Below are positions 17,418 to 24,493 of a stretch of DNA of 51,103 bases, in pieces (positions within the stretch are counted from its first letter, which is position 1; each line of letters starts with the position of its first letter). The position numbers and the translations under genes are program-made. Below the pieces are notes generated by a model, which ran no database searches, was not told where the DNA came from, and saw only the letters and a program-made list of their open reading frames with translations. The stretch is from Gemmatimonadota bacterium (GTDB lineage: Bacteria > Gemmatimonadota > Gemmatimonadetes > Gemmatimonadales > GWC2-71-9), in contig JAZDCY010000007.1 of the NCBI GenBank assembly GCA_036679645.1, forward strand, positions 1-51,103. The letters run 5' to 3'.

Positions 17418-18487
17418 TGACAAGACGCGTGATGCACATGGTGGCCGCCGTGGTCGTGTTGGCTACGACGATTCCCGTCGGTGCGGCCGCACAGAACAGG
17501 GTGAACGTCGTTACGTCTCTGAGTACCTACGCGGCGATCGCGCGCGAGATTGCCGGTGACCGCGCAGAGGTGCTCTCGATCGGCCGGGGTGATGAGAACC
17601 CTCATTTCGTGCAGCCGCGACCCAGTCTGGCGCTCCGGCTGCAGCGGGCAGATCTCTTCGTGGCCACGGGTCTCGATCTCGAACTCTGGGTACCGGCCCT
17701 GTTGGACCGTGCCAATAATCCGCGTGTGAGGGAGGGTGGTCCCGGGTACGTAGCAGCCTCCACCGGTGTCGAGTTGTTGGATGTGCCTACGTCGGTGAGC
17801 CGCTCGGGGGGAGACATCCACGCGTTCGGGAATCCGCACATCTGGGCCGATCCCGTGAACGGCCTGCAGATCGGCCTGAACATTCTTGCAGGTCTGCAGC
17901 GGGTCTCGCCCGAGAACGCCGACTACTTCCAGCAACGCTATGACACGTGGCGCATCGCGCTGCTGCACGCCCTCGTCGGCGAAGAATTGGTGACTCTGCT
18001 CGGCTCCGAGACAGTGGAGGACCTCGCCGTACAGAACGCCTTGTGGAGCTTCGTCCACGAGCAGTCCTACGAGGGGCGTCCTCTGGCCGAGCGTCTCGGG
18101 GGATGGCTCGGCGAGGCGGCAATCTTCCGCGGACGAGATATTGTCTGCTACCACAAGGAGTGGGACTACTTCTCGCGTCGGTTTGAAGTTCCCTGCGCGG
18201 ACTTCGTCGAGCCCAAACCGGGCATCCCGCCCACACCCGGACACGTCGCGAGTCTCATCCGCCGCATCCGTACAGAGGAAATTCCGGTTGTCTTCTCGGC
18301 GAACTTCTACAACCAGAACCAGGTGCGCACGATCGCTCGTCGGACCGGCGCACGCCCGGTGATCGTACCGGCGAATGCGGGCGGGGCCCCGGGCGCTGAG
18401 AGTTACATCGGCATGGTGTCCCTGTGGGTCCGCGACCTCGCGACGGCGTTCCGCGCCGCTGACGCGGAAGCGGGGAGACACCCATGA
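17417..18487 (+). CDS. Metal ABC transporter substrate-binding protein (ZnuA/TroA, cluster A-I)
   Basis: Signal peptide; DENPHF, GNPHIW, YH and EPKPGIPPTPGH motifs; start overlaps the upstream stop. Confidence 0.88.
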   Translation: MTRRVMHMVAAVVVLATTIPVGAAAQNRVNVVTSLSTYAAIAREIAGDRAEVLSIGRGDENPHFVQPRPSLALRLQRADLFVATGLDLELWVPALLDRANNPRVREGGPGYVAASTGVELLDVPTSVSRSGGDIHAFGNPHIWADPVNGLQIGLNILAGLQRVSPENADYFQQRYDTWRIALLHALVGEELVTLLGSETVEDLAVQNALWSFVHEQSYEGRPLAERLGGWLGEAAIFRGRDIVCYHKEWDYFSRRFEVPCADFVEPKPGIPPTPGHVASLIRRIRTEEIPVVFSANFYNQNQVRTIARRTGARPVIVPANAGGAPGAESYIGMVSLWVRDLATAFRAADAEAGRHP

Positions 18488-19317
18488 GCATGATCGACCT
18501 GCTCCCCCTGATGGTTGCGCCGTTCGCCGCGGCGATGGTGCTGGTGGGAATGCTCTCCTATCTCGGCGTCCACGTCATCGCGCGCGAAGTGATCTTTGTC
18601 GATCTCGCGTTGGCGCAGATGGCGGCGCTGGGAGGGACCGTCGGTTTGCTGTTCGGTCTGGAACCCGGCACCGGCGGTGGGTATGCCTTTGCCCTCGCCG
18701 CCACTACACTCGGCGCGTTCATCTTTGCGATGACACGCAGCACCGGCGGCGAACGCCGCGTACCGCATGAAGCGATCATTGGTGTCGTGTATATCGTGGC
18801 GTCAGCCGCCGTGATCCTGGTAGCCGACCGTGCACCACGCGGCGCCGAAGTGCTGGAGGAGACGCTCGTGGGCACGATCCTGTGGGTATCGTGGCCGACG
18901 ATCGTGAAGCTGCTCGGCGTGTACGTGGCGATCGGCATATTCCATTGGTTTTTCCGCCACCGGTTTCTCACGATTTCGCTGCGACCCGATACGGCGCAGC
19001 AAGAAGGATGGTCGCTACGCTGGTGGGATTTCTTGTTCTATCTCTCGTTCGGTGTCGCGATCACGTTGGCCGTGCCCGTCGCGGGCGTGCTGCTCGTGTT
19101 CACGTTTCTTGTCGTTCCGGCCATTGTGGCGTTCCTCTTTACACGCCGCACAGGCGCTTTGCTCGCGATCAGCTGGATCACGTCGGCGATAGCCTCGGCA
19201 TTGGGACTCTTCGTGTCGTTCCGTTTCGACCTGCCGACGGGACCGGTGATCGTGTGTACGTTCGGCGTCGTGCTGCTGGTGGTGGGTGCCGTGCGGAGGT
19301 TCCTGCCGCAGGAGTAG
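18484..19317 (+). CDS. Metal ABC transporter permease (ZnuB/ABC-3 family)
   Basis: Highly hydrophobic; LGVHV..R..IFVDLALAQ and GVLLVFTFLVVPA motifs; ATGA overlap. Confidence 0.85.
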   Translation: MSMIDLLPLMVAPFAAAMVLVGMLSYLGVHVIAREVIFVDLALAQMAALGGTVGLLFGLEPGTGGGYAFALAATTLGAFIFAMTRSTGGERRVPHEAIIGVVYIVASAAVILVADRAPRGAEVLEETLVGTILWVSWPTIVKLLGVYVAIGIFHWFFRHRFLTISLRPDTAQQEGWSLRWWDFLFYLSFGVAITLAVPVAGVLLVFTFLVVPAIVAFLFTRRTGALLAISWITSAIASALGLFVSFRFDLPTGPVIVCTFGVVLLVVGAVRRFLPQE

Positions 19318-19324
19318 GCCGGAT

Positions 19325-19398
19325 GATTGCAGATTGTAGATTAGGGATTGCAAATCGGATCGATAGATCTGCAATCTGAAATCAGTAATCTGCAATCA
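19325..19398. terminator. Heptamer inverted-repeat hairpin between convergent genes (possible bidirectional terminator)
   Basis: gattgcagattgtagattagggattgca ... atctgcaatctgaaatcagtaatctgcaatc; no U-tract is seen. Confidence 0.5.
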
Positions 19399-19424
19399 GG
19401 GGCCGGGGGCGGAGGGGGAACCGG

Positions 19425-21374
19425 CTACCAGTACCCCAGCTCACCTCCGCAGGTCTCGGCCGCGCCGCCTTTGCCGAAGACGACGCGGAGCGCCATTGCC
19501 AACAGGCCTCCCTCCGTCCGTGCCTGTTGGCCAAACCAGCCGTACTGGAAGAAGTCGAACAACGCCTCGTCGCTGGGGCGCCGCACGAGCGAGGCCCGTG
19601 CTTCATCGAGCCACCGATCGTAGTCTTCGCCCGGACCGAACACGACGTCGTAGAGATTGAAGCACCGCGCAAAGGCGTTCGCGCCGAGAAACGCCTCCCA
19701 CCGCAGCCCGCGGACAGCGGTCGTGTCGAGGGCAATTCGAGGGAACGCGCGCAGCAGGTCGCCGAAGTTGTCGGACACACCGCGTATGTCGCTGAGTGTC
19801 TCGACGTGTTTTACGGATTCCAGTACCCAGGCAAGTGCCGCGGCATCGCTCGTGCGTCCGGATGCGCGGTAGAGCCCTTCGAGTGCCGTCCCGGCGCGGC
19901 GCACCATGACCGTTCCGATCAGGTTGTCGATCAACGTCGGTCCCTCGTCGATCAGGAGAAAGCCCGTCGTCAGGACCTCACGGATAGTCTGCTCGGCCAT
20001 CTCCGGTCGCCCGTCGAGGAACTCCACCGCAGCCTTCGCTACGTGCGCCTGGGCGCCGCGCCGGATGTGAGAGAAGCGGGGAATCGACAGGGTAATCGGA
20101 GACGCTGAGTCCGGCAGAGGCAGGTTATAGCGTGCACTCACGATGTCCGCCGCTGCGGCACGGCCCACGACTTCCCATTCGCTGTGGGCGGGGTGCGACG
20201 CAATTACACGCAGGGCCGCGCGCTGGTCGCGGTTCATCCCCGCGAGCTTATCGAACAACGAGTCCACGTTGGCGAGGGAATCCAGTTCCGGTGGGAACCA
20301 CGGATCGTCGTAGACCGTAACGGGTCCCAGTTCGTCGAACCCGGGCTCGCTCGGCCTGTTGAGCCAGATGAGGTTGTGCAGCGCCTGCCCCGCCGCTTCG
20401 GCGGTAATCGCGGGATCAGGCTCCAGCCGCTCCCGCCGCAGCGCATCGGCCACGGCGATCCTCGCCTGTAGGCGCGAGAAGCTCGGGACGGCGATCGACG
20501 CCACGATAGGTCCCAGCGCGCTTGTGAACGCGAGCGTCGCCGTCGGGATCAGTATCCCCGCGGCGACGACGATCGTTGCGATCAGGGCCCAGCGGAATTC
20601 GCCAGGGGCCGGTCTCGACCCGGCATGGAAGCGGATACCCCGACGCGCAGCGGCTATCCCAACGTTCCATTGCCCGATCTGCGCGCGTAGCTCCTCATCC
20701 GCTGTCGCGCGTGCCTCCCCGTCTCGCCGGGCGCTGCGGCGAACCGCCGCATCCTGGAGCGCACCGCCTAAGCCGATGGCCACGAACCCGAGCGGAATCA
20801 CGACCGTGACGATGCTGACCATTGCCGGACTCAGCACGCCCCGCGCTGCCAACACCACGCTGAACGCGAAGCCGAACGGGACCCACAGGACGGCGGCGAG
20901 AAACGCGAGCGTTCCCACCACGCGCGTGGCGAGGACCGTGTCACGCTGACCCGGTGTGACGTGCCGGTAGAGTCGCGCACCCTGGAGCACGAAACCGGTG
21001 TCGCGCGGTCCGTCGGTGATGACCTCGAGAATCGTGCCGCGATTGTGTCCCCGCTTGCTTGCACGGGTGGCGCGGAAGAGGAGCTTCGTCAGCATCTCGA
21101 AGCCGAACAGGAACACGAGGAGGCCGAGTGCCGAACTGACGAGCAGGACCCACCAACTCTGTCCGAAGGGGCCGAGACTCCAGGCACCGCGCTCAGAGCC
21201 GACCGACCAGAGCAACGGCCAGATCAGAACGACGTCACCGAGAGCGAACGTTAGGATGATCGGCCAGATCCTGGCGTGGAGGCTCTCGAGGCCGGGCGGC
21301 GGCCAGGCCAAGAGGGGAGGTTGGGACGGCTGGGGCGGGGAGGACGACGGGGAACCAGTTGCGCTGTCGGTCAT
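19425..21374 (-). CDS. Hypothetical multi-pass membrane protein with large C-terminal helical extracytoplasmic region
   Basis: Long ORF with about five TM segments in the N-terminal half. Start set at MTDSATG (21374); the longer ORF would reach the divergent kinase start. Confidence 0.75.
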   Translation of the reverse strand: MTDSATGSPSSSPPQPSQPPLLAWPPPGLESLHARIWPIILTFALGDVVLIWPLLWSVGSERGAWSLGPFGQSWWVLLVSSALGLLVFLFGFEMLTKLLFRATRASKRGHNRGTILEVITDGPRDTGFVLQGARLYRHVTPGQRDTVLATRVVGTLAFLAAVLWVPFGFAFSVVLAARGVLSPAMVSIVTVVIPLGFVAIGLGGALQDAAVRRSARRDGEARATADEELRAQIGQWNVGIAAARRGIRFHAGSRPAPGEFRWALIATIVVAAGILIPTATLAFTSALGPIVASIAVPSFSRLQARIAVADALRRERLEPDPAITAEAAGQALHNLIWLNRPSEPGFDELGPVTVYDDPWFPPELDSLANVDSLFDKLAGMNRDQRAALRVIASHPAHSEWEVVGRAAAADIVSARYNLPLPDSASPITLSIPRFSHIRRGAQAHVAKAAVEFLDGRPEMAEQTIREVLTTGFLLIDEGPTLIDNLIGTVMVRRAGTALEGLYRASGRTSDAAALAWVLESVKHVETLSDIRGVSDNFGDLLRAFPRIALDTTAVRGLRWEAFLGANAFARCFNLYDVVFGPGEDYDRWLDEARASLVRRPSDEALFDFFQYGWFGQQARTEGGLLAMALRVVFGKGGAAETCGGELGYW

Positions 21375-21507
21375 GACGCCACCTGTTACCAGGAGGAAAC
21401 GGTCGAGCATTCTAAGAGTAAGGGGTACGGGCGGGGGGCGGCTAGTCGGGGTTCCGCGTCCCCGGTCCCCCTCGCCGACCTCTTTGCTCGGGATTACCTT
21501 TGCGACC

Positions 21508-21570
21508 ATGCCGGAAGCCATCGACCGCCTCACCGCTTGGAATCCGTCGCATCGTTTGGAGGGGGAATGA
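21508..21570 (+). pseudogene. Collapsed kinase remnant (kinase N-terminus fused to kinase C-terminus)
   Basis: Encodes MPEAIDRLTAWNPSHRLEGE-stop. Start resembles MSEITERLTSA / MTEIPDRLSTA; 21550-21572 matches the kinase 5 end at 24377-24399 at 22/23 nt. Confidence 0.65.
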
Positions 21571-21581
21571 TTGCAGAACGA

Positions 21582-21680
21582 CGGCCGCGGATGATCGCTA
21601 AGAGCGCGGATGGTCCCGGTATGCAAACGGCCGCCCAGACACGGTGCGTATCCGCGTCCGCAACAATCAATCCGCGGCCG
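21582..21680. repeat. Inverted-repeat element directly upstream of kinase 5
   Basis: cggccgcggat (21582-92) / atccgcggccg (21670-80), with inner cgcggat/atccgcg; homologous to 12882-12963. Confidence 0.8.
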
Positions 21681-21685
21681 CACCC

Positions 21686-24397
21686 ATGAGCGAAATCACC
21701 GAGCGTCTTACCTCTGCCATCGCCGACCGCTACCGCATGGAGCGCGAAATCGGGGCGGGCGGTATGGCGACGGTGTATCTCGCGCACGATGTCAAGCACG
21801 ACCGCAAGGTTGCGGTGAAAGTGCTGAGGCCGGAGCTGTCGGCCATCATTGGTGGCGAGCGGTTCCTCAACGAGATCAAGGTCACCGCCAATCTCCAGCA
21901 TCCCAACATCCTCCCGCTCTACGATTCGGGCGAGGCCGACTCGTTTCTTTACTACGTGATGCCCTACGTGGAGGGCGAGACGCTGCGGGCCAAGATGGAT
22001 CGGGAGAAGCAACTTACCGTAGAGGAGACGCTCGAGATCGCCAAGTCGGTGGCGGCGGCACTCGACTTCGCGCACCAACACGGCGTCGTGCATCGGGACA
22101 TCAAGCCCGAGAATATCCTGTTTCAGGGTGGCCAGGCATTGGTGGCCGACTTCGGTATCGCCCTCGCAGTTAGCGCCGCAGGAGGAACGCGACTCACCGA
22201 GACGGGACTGTCCCTCGGCACGCCCCATTACATGAGTCCGGAACAGGCCGCCGGCGATCGTGAGATCGATGCACGCAGTGATCTCTACTCGCTCGGGGCG
22301 ATGATATACGAGATGCTCACGGGCGACCCGCCACACACCGGCAATACGCTCCAGGCAATCGTGGCCAAGGTCCTGACCGAAGAGCCGACACCCATCACGC
22401 GCACGAGAAACCTCGTGCCGACGAACGTCGATGCCGCCGTGCAGCGCGCCCTGGCCAAGACGCCGGCAGATAGATTCGCGGGCGCCGCCGAGTTCGCCGC
22501 AGCGCTGTCCAATCCCGCGTTTACGATTGCCACGATGGCAGCGCCAGCGGGCACACGGCCGCCGTCGCCGTTGTGGTCGCGCAGGAGTCTCGCGAATTGG
22601 CACGTGGCGCTTGCCGTCGTCGCGGCGCTCGCAGTTGGCCTAGTGGTGGGGAGGGCGCCAGGTGGCGACAGCGCGCCTATGCCTGGTCCCGTCGCCCGTT
22701 TCACGTTTGGTGTGCGGCTGGGGGATATCGATTTTGGTTCGGGCGTGGCGCTCTCACCCGACGCGAGCCAGCTCGTCTACATCGGTCCCGGCGAGCGCGG
22801 TGGCTCGCGCCTCTTCCGCAGGACGATGGGTGAGTCGGATGCCGCCCCGGTTGCCGGGACGGCCGGGAGCCTGGTCATGACCCCGTTCCTCTCTCCCGGC
22901 GGAGAGATGCTGGGATTCTACGCCGACCAGCAACTCCGAGTCGTACCCGTGGCCGGCGGCGCCGCGCGACCGCTGGCACCGATGTCCCCGACGAGCGGTG
23001 GCGGCAGCTGGGGACCAGACAACCAGATCGTGTACGAGCCGAGTTTCGGGTCTGGGCTCATGGTCGTCTCGGCAGACGGCGGGGATCCCAGGTTCTTGAC
23101 CGTACCCGACACTGCGGTGGGAGTGCTCGATCATCGGTGGCCACATGTCCTACCCGACGGCAAGTGGATCGTGTTGACGATCTGGCGCGGCGCGTTGGAT
23201 CTGGCCTCCATCGGCATCGCCTCGATGGAGACCGGCGAGGTGCGGGAGCTGATGCCGGGGAGTGACGCGCGCTATGTGGATGCGGGCTACCTCGTCTACG
23301 CCGTGCCCGAGGGCGCCCTGCGAGCCATCCGGTTCGATGCCAAGAGCGGCGAGGTGAGGGGTTCTCCGGTCACGGTGCTCGACTCGGTGCTGGTACGCGG
23401 GGACGGCGCGGCGCACTTCGCCGTGTCGCGCAGCGGCACGCTCGCCTACCTCGGCTCGTTGGGAAGCCGAATCCCGGTTATTGTCGACCGCAGCGGGATC
23501 GTGACACCACTCCCGATGGATCCGGGTGACTACGGGGCGCCGCGCTTCGCACCCGACGGGCGTGCTGTAGCCGCGGGGTACCAGGGCGATGTCTGGATCT
23601 ATGACTTCGATCTTGGCACGTTCGGTCCGCTGACGGCCGGTGGAGGGTTCTATCCCGTCTGGACGCCCGATGGGAGACACATCCTGTTCTCCAGAACGGA
23701 GGGACCCGACGTCAACGTGTATCGCGTCCCAGCCGACCGAGGTGAGGAGCCGGTGGCGCTTCTGCAGGCTCGCGGGCAGCAACGGACCCAGGACCTGAGC
23801 CCCGACGGCTCGCACCTCATGCTGCGGCGGAACCTGGTGAGCCCCGGGCGGCCGGCGTTTGCCGAGCAGAGCGCGTCTGCTGGAGCCGGTGGACGGTTGG
23901 GGATGGCCGGTGGACAGTACGACCTCTGGTCGCTTGCGCTCGAAGACGGTGCCGAGCCCGAGCCGTGGCTCACGTCGGACTTCATGGAGCGCTCGCCCAC
24001 GTTTTCACTCGATGGGCGCTGGGTCGCGTACTCGTCGAACGAGTCGGGCAGAGACGAGGTATATGTGCGGCCGTTTCCCGGGCCGGGCGGACGCACGCAA
24101 GTTTCTACCGAAGGCGGGACGGCTCCGGCGTGGTCACCGGACGGCTCCGAGCTGTTTTATCGGATCGGCGACGAATTCAAGGTCGTGGCGGTGCAATTGG
24201 CACCGACGTTTCGTGTGGTCAGTCGTGCGCGCACGCTCTTCGAGGGGCGCTACTATGCCTATCCGTGGCAGCGGCAATACGACATCCATCCAGACGGCGA
24301 TCGGTTTATCATGTTCAGGTATACCGAGGAAGAGACGGATCTGACGGCGGTCGTGAATTGGCTCGAATCCGTGCGGCATCGCTTGGAGGGGGAATGA
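21686..24397 (+). CDS. Membrane Ser/Thr protein kinase with TolB/PD40-like propeller; paralog 5
   Basis: GAGGMATV, VAVK, HRDIKPEN, DFG, GTPHYMSPEQ; TM helix; propeller repeats. Confidence 0.93.
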   Translation: MSEITERLTSAIADRYRMEREIGAGGMATVYLAHDVKHDRKVAVKVLRPELSAIIGGERFLNEIKVTANLQHPNILPLYDSGEADSFLYYVMPYVEGETLRAKMDREKQLTVEETLEIAKSVAAALDFAHQHGVVHRDIKPENILFQGGQALVADFGIALAVSAAGGTRLTETGLSLGTPHYMSPEQAAGDREIDARSDLYSLGAMIYEMLTGDPPHTGNTLQAIVAKVLTEEPTPITRTRNLVPTNVDAAVQRALAKTPADRFAGAAEFAAALSNPAFTIATMAAPAGTRPPSPLWSRRSLANWHVALAVVAALAVGLVVGRAPGGDSAPMPGPVARFTFGVRLGDIDFGSGVALSPDASQLVYIGPGERGGSRLFRRTMGESDAAPVAGTAGSLVMTPFLSPGGEMLGFYADQQLRVVPVAGGAARPLAPMSPTSGGGSWGPDNQIVYEPSFGSGLMVVSADGGDPRFLTVPDTAVGVLDHRWPHVLPDGKWIVLTIWRGALDLASIGIASMETGEVRELMPGSDARYVDAGYLVYAVPEGALRAIRFDAKSGEVRGSPVTVLDSVLVRGDGAAHFAVSRSGTLAYLGSLGSRIPVIVDRSGIVTPLPMDPGDYGAPRFAPDGRAVAAGYQGDVWIYDFDLGTFGPLTAGGGFYPVWTPDGRHILFSRTEGPDVNVYRVPADRGEEPVALLQARGQQRTQDLSPDGSHLMLRRNLVSPGRPAFAEQSASAGAGGRLGMAGGQYDLWSLALEDGAEPEPWLTSDFMERSPTFSLDGRWVAYSSNESGRDEVYVRPFPGPGGRTQVSTEGGTAPAWSPDGSELFYRIGDEFKVVAVQLAPTFRVVSRARTLFEGRYYAYPWQRQYDIHPDGDRFIMFRYTEEETDLTAVVNWLESVRHRLEGE

Positions 24398-24488
24398 TTT
24401 GAGAATAGTGATTAGTGATTACTGATTGGCGATTTGACTGTCACAGTCTCAAATCAGTAATCACTATTCGCTAATCACTAATCGACTG
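24396..24488. repeat. Heptamer (AGTGATT / AATCACT) inverted-repeat hairpin
   Basis: gatttgagaatagtgattagtgattactgattgg ... tctcaaatcagtaatcactattcgctaatcactaatc fills nearly the whole intergenic space. Confidence 0.85.
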
Positions 24489-24493
24489 AGAGC

